From a bacterium (GTDB taxonomy: Bacteria; Patescibacteriota; Microgenomatia; JAMCZE01): a stretch of 64,000 bases of DNA. Of this stretch, positions 56,834 to 64,000 are shown one piece after another. The stretch is from contig JAKBJL010000002.1 of assembly GCA_021836035.1 (NCBI GenBank), positions 71,484 to 135,483 on the forward strand, in the 5' to 3' direction. Made by a program: the position numbers and the translations under genes. The notes under the pieces were generated by a model that was not told where the DNA came from, did not search any database, and saw only the letters and a program-made list of their open reading frames with translations. The stretch's first letter is position 1; each line of letters opens with the position of its first letter.

Positions 56834-58638
56834 TTATCCGTTACTAAGGAAACCAGATCGGTATTCGCCGGTACTTCCGCTTCGATCAGGCGGAAAGCGG
56901 GAGTATTATCAGGATAAGAGATAGTTTGCCAGACTTTCATCCGCGGCCTGACTTCCGCAGGTTTATAACTCCTTTGAAGATCCCCTTTAATAAAACCGGG
57001 CGGCAAATCTTCATCCCAGTCGATAAGCAGCAGGCGCTTAGACGGTGCCTCAAGAAAACGCGAGGCGTCATAAATTTTACCCCAGGCAATCGATCCGGGA
57101 AAATAATAATTCGCAAAACTGCGGACATGAACAAAACCCTCGCTGGTTGCCGGATACCTTACGGCCTCTTGCCAGTAAAGTGCGGGCGGAAAACTCTGAT
57201 AAAAAAGGAAAAAAATGTAAGGCGAACGGTCGGGATGAGGTACCACGACCATATCAAATTCCTTTTGCCGGCTGATTGCCGATTTCACCGCTTCTCTTAA
57301 GCCATAATTCCAGGCTCCGGCGCGCTGGGCCGCTTCCAGGGGTCCGTAATTCCAAATCTCGGGAGATGTTTGGGGGAAGTGCACAAAATAAGCATCCACA
57401 AAAAGCAAATTGCCGTATATATAGGCGCCGCCCAGAAACGCCAGGCCGGCCAAGGACAGAACCCGGGACAAATTTCTTAATATCCGGTAAATAAACAACA
57501 ATCCGTAGGCGGAAATGAGGGGAATTACTCCCGCGGCGAAAATCGACCGGCTGAAATGGGGCGCATCCCGGGTTATGGTTGCCGGCAACGGAGCTAACAG
57601 CAACCACGAAAGTAAAATCCATTTATTAGACAGCCGGCTATTTAACAAACCTAAGATCCCGGCAAGAAGCAAAAAGTAATCGAGGTAATTTAAGTTGCCC
57701 CGATCGGGAAGATTATGTTGAATGTTAGTACCGCCGCCTTCTACTAAAAATTGGGGCGAGAAAAAGTTGAGATAATTATTGGCGGATTGCTGCAGCATAT
57801 AAACCAGTCGGTTGTGAAGCAGGGGAACCAGCGGCTCCAATATTCCGTGCGGTTGACTACGCGGTAAATCAATAATTTTATTTAATTGAGCCCGGTCGCT
57901 TAATAAGCCGATTCCGGAAATTTTCACCACATCCGCCCCGGTTAAAGTGGTCAGTAAACTTAAGGCCCACAAAACGATAAAAACTAGCCCGGTTGTTAGG
58001 CTTAACCAACCCCGCGGCAGATTTTTCCTTTGCAGAAAGAGAAAAATAACCAGGAATGCCGGAATGAAAACATGGCTGGCATGATAGGAAAAAAGGGTAG
58101 CGGCCATTAGTAAAGCCGATAAAACCAGTAAAACACGGTGCCTGTCAGAATCATAAAAAGAAAGCACAGCGCCTAAAAATAAAGCCAAAGCAAAGTTTGC
58201 TTCATAAGCCGCCCTGCTGAAAAAAACGCTCCAGGGCAAAAAAGCGAAAAGGGCTGCCGAAATCAGCGCCAAAATATCCCGGTATTTATCCTCCGGATAG
58301 ATTTTGCGGGCCAGGAAAAAAAGCAGAATAACGCTAAGTACCCCGGAGGTGGCGGATACAAAGCGAACGGCAAACTCCGTTAAAGAAAACAGCTTTACCG
58401 CCGGAATAGTAGCAAAAACGTAAAGCGGCAATTTCCAGTCGCCGAAAGATTCGAGCGACAACGGAAAAAACCGCCCGTACTCATCCCGGCCGGTGGTTAA
58501 GAGGGAATAGGCCGTGTAGCCGATTGAGGCCTCGTCGCGGTTTAATCCTACCGGAACGGTCCCCAGCTCGTAAAAACGCAATAATATAGCCATCAGCAGG
58601 ACTAACCCCAGGGAAAAACCCAGCAATTTTTTGCTCAT
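56830..58638 (-). CDS. GT-C glycosyltransferase, PMT_2/ArnT family, paralog A5
   Basis: ...LRFYELGTVPVGLNRDEASIGYTAYSLLTTGRDEYGRFFPLSLESFGDWKLPLYVFA... carries the family motif. The protein is 602 aa with a C-terminal soluble domain. Confidence 0.7.
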   Translation of the reverse strand: MSKKLLGFSLGLVLLMAILLRFYELGTVPVGLNRDEASIGYTAYSLLTTGRDEYGRFFPLSLESFGDWKLPLYVFATIPAVKLFSLTEFAVRFVSATSGVLSVILLFFLARKIYPEDKYRDILALISAALFAFLPWSVFFSRAAYEANFALALFLGAVLSFYDSDRHRVLLVLSALLMAATLFSYHASHVFIPAFLVIFLFLQRKNLPRGWLSLTTGLVFIVLWALSLLTTLTGADVVKISGIGLLSDRAQLNKIIDLPRSQPHGILEPLVPLLHNRLVYMLQQSANNYLNFFSPQFLVEGGGTNIQHNLPDRGNLNYLDYFLLLAGILGLLNSRLSNKWILLSWLLLAPLPATITRDAPHFSRSIFAAGVIPLISAYGLLFIYRILRNLSRVLSLAGLAFLGGAYIYGNLLFVDAYFVHFPQTSPEIWNYGPLEAAQRAGAWNYGLREAVKSAISRQKEFDMVVVPHPDRSPYIFFLFYQSFPPALYWQEAVRYPATSEGFVHVRSFANYYFPGSIAWGKIYDASRFLEAPSKRLLLIDWDEDLPPGFIKGDLQRSYKPAEVRPRMKVWQTISYPDNTPAFRLIEAEVPANTDLVSLVTDK

Positions 58639-60212
58639 TAAATTCCCTCCAGTTTTACTACGGAAATATTTCCCGGAAAATCTTTCTGCTCAAGAATCTT
58701 CCCCATTCTCTGTAGCCCTTTTTGCCACTCTGCCCTCGCTGCCGGCCTGTCCCTGTCCGGCTCTAAGATTAAATAGTATAACCCTCCGATCTTTCGGGGA
58801 ATTTTAACCTGCTCTCCGATTCCTAACGGCGGTACCGCCACATTTAAATTCTGCGGCGCATAGCCGTAAGTTTTCCGGCCGTACCAATAAAAATCATATT
58901 GCCAGATATAATCATAGACCGGCGGGGTATAGGCAAAAAAAGCAAATTTATTTCCTCCTGCCGAATGGTACACGTAATCTACCACCCGGATTTGGTTGCG
59001 GAGAGTCCCGGTATCCCCCGGACCGGGATTGGTTAGGCCGGCTAAACCTTCGCCGCTGACCAGGCTGGCCGAGAGCCCCCAAATGCTCAGGCCCAGTATT
59101 AAATAACGGGTCAGATTGGCGCTCTGCCAAAGCACGGCAAAGGGGATAACGATTAAAAGGGCATAAACTACCGGTAATCCGGCACGGTACCAAGCCCAAA
59201 GCGGTCCCGGATATAAGCTGAAACCAAGGTAAAATACCGCCAGAACCGTAAGGAGAATTTTTAAAACATTTAAACAGGGTACTAATTTTTGGCGATAAGC
59301 GGTAATCCAACCCCAGAGGGCCAGCAAGGTCACCGGCAAAATAAAATACCAGGCAGATAGCGGCATGGCCATTTGGATAAAATCGGCGGCCATGGTTTTA
59401 GCGCGTTCCCAGAACCGAAGATAGAGAGGCAGGGCTGAGCCGTAAAGGCTGCGGTTCTCGCCGGTCAGAAAATGCAGCAAACTGTTAGCCATTAAAAAGC
59501 GGTGCCGGATATCGAAAATCACCTGGGGTAAAAATGTCAGCAACAGGATACCTAAACCCAGGAAAAAATAGCGGGACTTTAAAGTATTTGTTTTTTTAAA
59601 AATTAACAGCAGCGCCAATATCACCGGAAGAGTAAAAACGGCAAAGCCGATCTCCAACTGGAAAAAGACACCAACCAATAACCACCAAAGCAGCCAAAAA
59701 ACATCCCGCCGGTTAACCATAATTTCGTAGGCGCACCAGATAAAGAAAAAGAACAGATAGGCTAGCGGCAGAGGACTTAAAACCACCTGAGAACCGCCGA
59801 TAAAATGCGGGCTCAGCAGCAGAAAAATATAAGTGGCGACAGCTTCCTTTTCTCCCCATATCCGACGCACGATAAAGTAAGCCGCAACTGTTGCCGCCAG
59901 ACTAAAAATTACCAGATAGAGCATATTAGCTGCGGGATTACCGCCGCTTAAAAGGAACGGCACGGCTAAAAACCAGGTCCAGAGCGGTCCCATCAGCACC
60001 CCTTCCAAACCGCTGTATCGGCTGATCAGGTTGAGCTTATGATCTACAACCAGCTGCTTGACCATGATCATATCCAGGCCCTGATCAAAACCGAAAAAAA
60101 CGCCGTTGTGGATGAGCGGAATAATCCGCAGGAATGCTGCCAGCAGAAAAACAACTATTAAAACAAGTGGTTTAATCTTTGAACGCATAGCAGTCATACA
60201 AATCATTAGCAT
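58638..60212 (-). CDS. Polytopic membrane protein, FGFDQ-motif family (putative GT-C), paralog F1
   Basis: The protein is 524 aa. ...LRIIPLIHNGVFFGFDQGLDMIMVKQLVVDHKLNLISRYSGLEGVLMGPLWTW... is shared with 61061..62581 and 62594..63895. Confidence 0.4.
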   Translation of the reverse strand: MLMICMTAMRSKIKPLVLIVVFLLAAFLRIIPLIHNGVFFGFDQGLDMIMVKQLVVDHKLNLISRYSGLEGVLMGPLWTWFLAVPFLLSGGNPAANMLYLVIFSLAATVAAYFIVRRIWGEKEAVATYIFLLLSPHFIGGSQVVLSPLPLAYLFFFFIWCAYEIMVNRRDVFWLLWWLLVGVFFQLEIGFAVFTLPVILALLLIFKKTNTLKSRYFFLGLGILLLTFLPQVIFDIRHRFLMANSLLHFLTGENRSLYGSALPLYLRFWERAKTMAADFIQMAMPLSAWYFILPVTLLALWGWITAYRQKLVPCLNVLKILLTVLAVFYLGFSLYPGPLWAWYRAGLPVVYALLIVIPFAVLWQSANLTRYLILGLSIWGLSASLVSGEGLAGLTNPGPGDTGTLRNQIRVVDYVYHSAGGNKFAFFAYTPPVYDYIWQYDFYWYGRKTYGYAPQNLNVAVPPLGIGEQVKIPRKIGGLYYLILEPDRDRPAARAEWQKGLQRMGKILEQKDFPGNISVVKLEGI

Positions 60213-61083
60213 AATAAGGAACTATTAAACGCGGCAAACCAAAAGTTTTTATCGCACCTTGCGCTACCGCGGCTAATTTTTTGTTGATCGCCTTTAGGCG
60301 GGAGGCCAGATAACCCAGGGAAAGGCGGCGCCAATGCGGGCGGAAGATTACTTTGGAAAAACCGATGCGCTGAAGATAACTATCCGCTGTCCGGCGGCTT
60401 AAAAAGACCCGGTGCATTTCCATATACCAGGGCCATTTACTGCCCATAAATCTCGCCAGGGGGCTCTCCGGATCAACAGTTGAAAAGGCCAATACTCCCC
60501 CGGATTTTAAATACCGGCAAACTTTTTTTAACTCGGCTACGGGGTCGGCAAAGTGTTCGATTACGTCCCACATGGTAATAACATCAAAACTGTTTTCAGG
60601 AAATACGCCCGAGGCGAAAGGTTTATTAATTAAATCAATTTGGTAGTTCTTCAGGGCAAACTCTACCGCCCAACGGTTGGGCTCCAGTCCCCGGGCGTTC
60701 CAACCGCGATCGCGGGCAATTTTGACAAAAAGCCCGGTATTGGTGCCCACGTCCAACAGCTTTCCCCGCTCCGGGTAAATTTTTTCCAGCTTAGAGAGAT
60801 AAATTTCAAAAGTCTTGCGGCGGGCTTCTTGTTCCGCAAAATAAAGGGGATCCTGGGAAACTTCATAATAGGTACTGATCCGTTCCTGGGATAGGTTTTC
60901 ATTGCTGTAGATCATTCCGCAAAGGTCGCATTTTACAATCGGTCCGTGCATCCCGAAGCCGCAGTTGGTACAGGAAAATTCCCCGGCCTTCAGGGAACCG
61001 GTATTATTAGTCGGAGGATAAATCAGCTTTACCGCCCCTTGGCCGCAAAAACGGCAATGATCAGTTTTTTTCCGTACATCCAT
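60172..61083 (-). CDS. SAM-dependent methyltransferase with N-terminal Cys4 zinc-ribbon
   Basis: N-terminal C-x2-C...C-x2-C (CRFCGQG...CTNCGFG) and a further C-x2-C (CDLCG). Motif I LLDVGTNTGLF. ...FDVITMWDVIEHF...LKSGGVLAFS. The architecture resembles the zinc-binding domain plus Methyltransf_23 of NDP-sugar/polysaccharide methyltransferases. Confidence 0.6.
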   Translation of the reverse strand: MDVRKKTDHCRFCGQGAVKLIYPPTNNTGSLKAGEFSCTNCGFGMHGPIVKCDLCGMIYSNENLSQERISTYYEVSQDPLYFAEQEARRKTFEIYLSKLEKIYPERGKLLDVGTNTGLFVKIARDRGWNARGLEPNRWAVEFALKNYQIDLINKPFASGVFPENSFDVITMWDVIEHFADPVAELKKVCRYLKSGGVLAFSTVDPESPLARFMGSKWPWYMEMHRVFLSRRTADSYLQRIGFSKVIFRPHWRRLSLGYLASRLKAINKKLAAVAQGAIKTFGLPRLIVPYYANDLYDCYAFKD

Positions 61084-62581
61084 AGGCGACTCTCTTCTGA
61101 ACGGTAAATTGCCCGAATCTCTTTTCGGAAATTAAATTGGATTCCCGGTTTTCGCCGTCATAAAACTCACTGACAAACCATCCGGCGATACCTCTTTGCG
61201 GCTCCGCAATAACATACCGCCGGCAAGTCCCCTCCGCCCCCTCGGGTAAACTGCCCGGAAACTGTGGATTATTGCCCCAGGAAAAAGCAGGAAAGTAGCC
61301 GTAGGATTTTCCGTATTGCCGGTAAAGATAAGCCCAGGTGGTTTGAATCTTGAGCGGCATGGAAAGAGTTTTAATCTGGAATTTTTCTCCCGCGGCTTCA
61401 CGGTAAGTATAATCCACAACCGCCCGTTCATCCCGCAGCATCATGCCGTTTTGAACCGCCAATAATCCCCAGACCAGCCCGTTTCTTCCCTGGCTAAGCA
61501 ATAATTTAATATTACCAAGGAGTATGAGGATAATCAGCAAAGTTAAAACCGCTTTATTCCTTATTAGCTTCAACATTAAAAATACCGTAAGGAGGGTAAG
61601 GGGTATGGCAACGCCGATATTGGTCATAAAATAACCCAGGGTGGCAATATTGGCAAAATACAGAACCAGCGGACCGGCAACCCAGACCAGTAAAAAAAGC
61701 ATTTCCCGGCGGTAGCGTTGCTCTTTTAAAGCAAGATAAAGGAGAAGGAAAAAAACCAATGCCGAGAAAAATAAGCTGAAACCAAATAAATTAAGATAAA
61801 TATGCTGGAAATATTTCTCGAGAATGACGGTTAGATGATCGCTTACCCGGTAAAGTTCCTGCCCGGAGGAAGCAAAAAACTTTAACAAGGATACGGTCAT
61901 TCTGAGCGGATACTTAATTTCAGCTAGAAGATAATTTCCGATTGTCCCCCCAAAAACCAGGAGGGAAATAAGCAGCCACTTCCGGTTAATTTCAACAGTC
62001 TTGTGATATAAAAATAAATTGACCGGGGGAATAATCGCCAGGTATATTAAAAAAAATTCGAAATGGATAGCCGTCCCCAGGCCCGCGGCTAACAGCACCA
62101 GGCCCCAGGGTTTGTTTTTTAAAAAGAAAAGCAGGCAGCCGAGGTAAAATATCAAAACGGATATCATTGCGGGTGAAGGATTGGCCGCGTAATAGGAATA
62201 CTGGTATTGCTCAAAGGAAAAAGCATAAAAAAGGGCCGCCAGGAGTCCCGCCTTTTTCCCGAACAAAAGGCTTCCGATAAGATAGACCAGAAATACCCCG
62301 CCGGCATTTAAGACCATAAGCGCGGCAAACGGCAATTGCGGATCGCCGCGGGACAAAGCGTAAAAAGGGCCGATTAAATAATAGTAAAGCGGCCCCTGGA
62401 AGACACCGCTAATATCCGTGGGCGGACCGAGAAGCTTAATACTGCGATCCCCTATCCATTGCCGGGAAACATAAGCATCCCTCGCCTGATCAAAGCCGAA
62501 ATAAATATTGCCCGGGAAGTAGACAAAACGATAGAGCAGAGCGCCAGCAAAAACCGCTAGCAGGATAAGCCAATACTTCAC
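61061..62581 (-). CDS. Polytopic membrane protein, FGFDQ-motif family (putative GT-C), paralog F2
   Basis: ...LYRFVYFPGNIYFGFDQARDAYVSRQWIGDRSIKLLGPPTDISGVFQGPLYYYLIGPFY.... Confidence 0.4.
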   Translation of the reverse strand: MKYWLILLAVFAGALLYRFVYFPGNIYFGFDQARDAYVSRQWIGDRSIKLLGPPTDISGVFQGPLYYYLIGPFYALSRGDPQLPFAALMVLNAGGVFLVYLIGSLLFGKKAGLLAALFYAFSFEQYQYSYYAANPSPAMISVLIFYLGCLLFFLKNKPWGLVLLAAGLGTAIHFEFFLIYLAIIPPVNLFLYHKTVEINRKWLLISLLVFGGTIGNYLLAEIKYPLRMTVSLLKFFASSGQELYRVSDHLTVILEKYFQHIYLNLFGFSLFFSALVFFLLLYLALKEQRYRREMLFLLVWVAGPLVLYFANIATLGYFMTNIGVAIPLTLLTVFLMLKLIRNKAVLTLLIILILLGNIKLLLSQGRNGLVWGLLAVQNGMMLRDERAVVDYTYREAAGEKFQIKTLSMPLKIQTTWAYLYRQYGKSYGYFPAFSWGNNPQFPGSLPEGAEGTCRRYVIAEPQRGIAGWFVSEFYDGENRESNLISEKRFGQFTVQKRVAYGCTEKN

Positions 62582-62593
62582 TAGGCTATTCTA

Positions 62594-63895
62594 TCAGAAA
62601 TTTTTAACTACCTTAATATCCCCGAAAGTTGCCCCGCTTTCAGAGCTTAAATCCCCGGGGAGAAAGAGGGTGTAACGGGAATTAACAGCGCCGGATTGAG
62701 CCTGAGGATCGCGTAGCCAAAACAGGTAGGGAAAACCGTTATTTAATCCCGGTGCCGCCATAACCCCGTAAGTCACCTGGGGGCACTGACAGTTTGCCAA
62801 AACATAATTTACCGCCCGCTCTTTAGAAAGGAGGCTATAGGGATTTGCCGCGACCATAAAACTCCTGAGATTAAGATAAAAAAACACCGCGGCTGCGATT
62901 GGCAATAACGCCCGTCCGACCCCGCTTCCGGCCAGACGACGGGCGAGGGTAGCGTAAATTAAAATAATCGCGGGAAAAGTTAACAAAAAATAATATTCCG
63001 GAACGGGACCGGGATAAAAAGAGAACACTAAAAGCGGGACGGCGATCCAGATTAAATATTCCCGGATGTGCTGCCGGGCCAACCATATTACCGCCGCTAT
63101 CATAATTATCCCCTGCCAGGCACCCGGTAAGCCGAAAATGGCCAAAAAATTCTGGATATTAATCCTGGCCAGGAGCAGCATTTTAAAAATAAACGGATAA
63201 GCTGCGCCCGGCTGCGCGCCCGCCGTAAAAATCTCCCCAAATCTCTGAACCTCCCCGAATCCGTGCCTCAGTTCAAAAAGAAGCGAAGGCAGGATAAGGA
63301 GGATAAAACCGGCTAACCCCAGATAAACCGAGCTACGGGAGGCTTTGAATTTATGGCCCAAGCCCTCCGCAAGAGATACCGGCAACATTAACATTCCGGT
63401 AGGATGAAAATTCCAGCTGACGCCTGATAATAAGAAACTCACGGGGATATTCTGCCGGAATTCCCAGGCTAATAACGCCAGGAAAATCAAGGGATTGGAA
63501 GGCGCGCTACCCCGGTCTACTAAAATAATCCGGAAGGAAAAAATATAGATAAAGAGGGCCCATATCCCGCCGAGCCGATAGATCAAAACCATGCTCCCGA
63601 GAGCGAAAAACATCTGCAAGACATTTCCCGCTAACGGGTTCATTCCCCCCAGAAAATAAAAAACGCTTAACAGGTAATAATACCCCGGGCCGGTAAATAT
63701 CCCGCCGAGGGAAATTTGCTGCCCGATGAGGGAAATTTTATGATCCACTAAAAAACTTTTTATCCACCAAGCGGCAGCTTCCTGGTCAAAATCAAAGCCG
63801 GCAAAGCGCTCAATTTGATAAAAGCGAATAGCTAAACCCAAAGCCATAAATCCGGCCGCCAAAAAAAACTTCAGAAAACGCTTATTTTTAATCAC
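62594..63895 (-). CDS. Polytopic membrane protein, FGFDQ-motif family (putative GT-C), paralog F3; GTG start or 5' end outside window
   Basis: ...IRFYQIERFAGFDFDQEAAAWWIKSFLVDHKISLIGQQISLGGIFTGPGYYYLLSVFY.... The codon at 63893-63895 is GTG. The frame stays open to the window edge (no in-frame stop in 63896-64000), so the true N-terminus is uncertain. Confidence 0.4.
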   Translation of the reverse strand: MIKNKRFLKFFLAAGFMALGLAIRFYQIERFAGFDFDQEAAAWWIKSFLVDHKISLIGQQISLGGIFTGPGYYYLLSVFYFLGGMNPLAGNVLQMFFALGSMVLIYRLGGIWALFIYIFSFRIILVDRGSAPSNPLIFLALLAWEFRQNIPVSFLLSGVSWNFHPTGMLMLPVSLAEGLGHKFKASRSSVYLGLAGFILLILPSLLFELRHGFGEVQRFGEIFTAGAQPGAAYPFIFKMLLLARINIQNFLAIFGLPGAWQGIIMIAAVIWLARQHIREYLIWIAVPLLVFSFYPGPVPEYYFLLTFPAIILIYATLARRLAGSGVGRALLPIAAAVFFYLNLRSFMVAANPYSLLSKERAVNYVLANCQCPQVTYGVMAAPGLNNGFPYLFWLRDPQAQSGAVNSRYTLFLPGDLSSESGATFGDIKVVKNF

Positions 63896-64000
63896 AGTTT
63901 TATGATGCCGACGGCACCGAAGCGGGTTGCCAGAGCATTTGTATCTACTAAAAAATAAGGCAGGATAATCTTGTAAGTTCGGTGGGTGGCAACGGACATG

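Noticed and set aside
9389-57622. The numerous 60-125 aa ORFs (for example 10630..10869, 11883..12389, 14617..14934, 17429..17878, 28952..29284, 34504..34839, 56926..57300)
   Set aside because: All lie inside, and mostly antisense to, long conserved glycosyltransferase or membrane-protein genes. The GC-rich coding strands generate long spurious ORFs. None shows any family signature.
63861-63868. An A8/T8 homopolymer near the 5' end of gene 62594..63895 (coding strand aag ttt ttt ttg), with similar A8/T8 tracts at about 37489-37496 and 8224-8231, as slipped-strand phase-variation switches
   Set aside because: Eight-nucleotide A/T runs are common by chance in K/F-rich coding sequence at this composition. 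No longer tracts (9 or more) sit at gene 5' ends, so the evidence is too weak to call phase variation.
1-64000. Defence, toxin-antitoxin or secretion systems hidden among the glycosylation genes
   Set aside because: Every ORF above 100 aa carries either glycosyltransferase, methyltransferase, epimerase or transporter motifs, or is a polytopic membrane protein grouping with GT-C-like paralog families. I found no nuclease, ATPase, kinase, HEPN or toxin-like signatures.

Overview
This window is almost entirely cell-surface glycosylation machinery. Every ORF longer than 100 aa has a glycan-related call, and I recognise no rRNA, tRNA, CRISPR array, transposase/integrase or defence system.

Positions 1 to about 9060 form a lower-GC block (about 33-45% in hand-counted 60-nt samples, against about 45-63% downstream). 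It carries an ABC-transporter-dependent polysaccharide module: a Wzm permease and a Wzt ATPase with a C-terminal extension, three GT4 genes, one GT2, an NAD-dependent epimerase/dehydratase, two methyltransferases and a truncated wzm remnant. The compositional junction falls inside a GT4 gene, at the 3' edge of its conserved C-terminal GT4 motif.

From 6188 to 63895, 44 genes run on the minus strand with no intergenic gap longer than 30 bp, and many stop/start overlaps. They encode 8 GT4 enzymes (a ninth, partial, sits on the plus strand at the window start) and 8 GT2 enzymes; four of the GT2s are polyprenyl-phosphate sugar synthases of the Dpm1/GtrB/ArnC type and three are WaaE/KdtX-like paralogs. 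There is a Wzx flippase, a DUF2304-like small membrane protein and four SAM methyltransferases, one with an N-terminal Cys4 zinc ribbon.

The same array holds 23 large polytopic membrane proteins that look like GT-C fold glycosyltransferases. They fall into paralog families: five PMT_2/ArnT-type (DEA motif); four YfhO-type (C-terminal YxPGW.A..DG motif); three shorter YfhO-related proteins sharing an ETPVR...SL.SLGGL C-terminal anchor; three sharing an FGFDQ motif; and singletons that are PIG-V-like, ArnT-like (FTDEA) and GT87-like.

Four Dpm1-like GT2 genes each sit beside a different GT-C family. That suggests several three-component modules (lipid-linked sugar synthesis, flipping, extracytoplasmic transfer), analogous to Pmt/Ppm1, GtrABC, CsbB-GtcA-YfhO or ArnC/ArnT, but stacked on an unusual scale.

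The tandem YfhO paralogs keep roughly 85-90% nucleotide identity over patches, so they are recent duplications. The gene content, GTG starts and compact overlapping architecture fit an uncultivated lineage such as Patescibacteria/CPR or Chloroflexota, but that is inference only.

All calls rest on reading motifs in the supplied translations; no searches were run.
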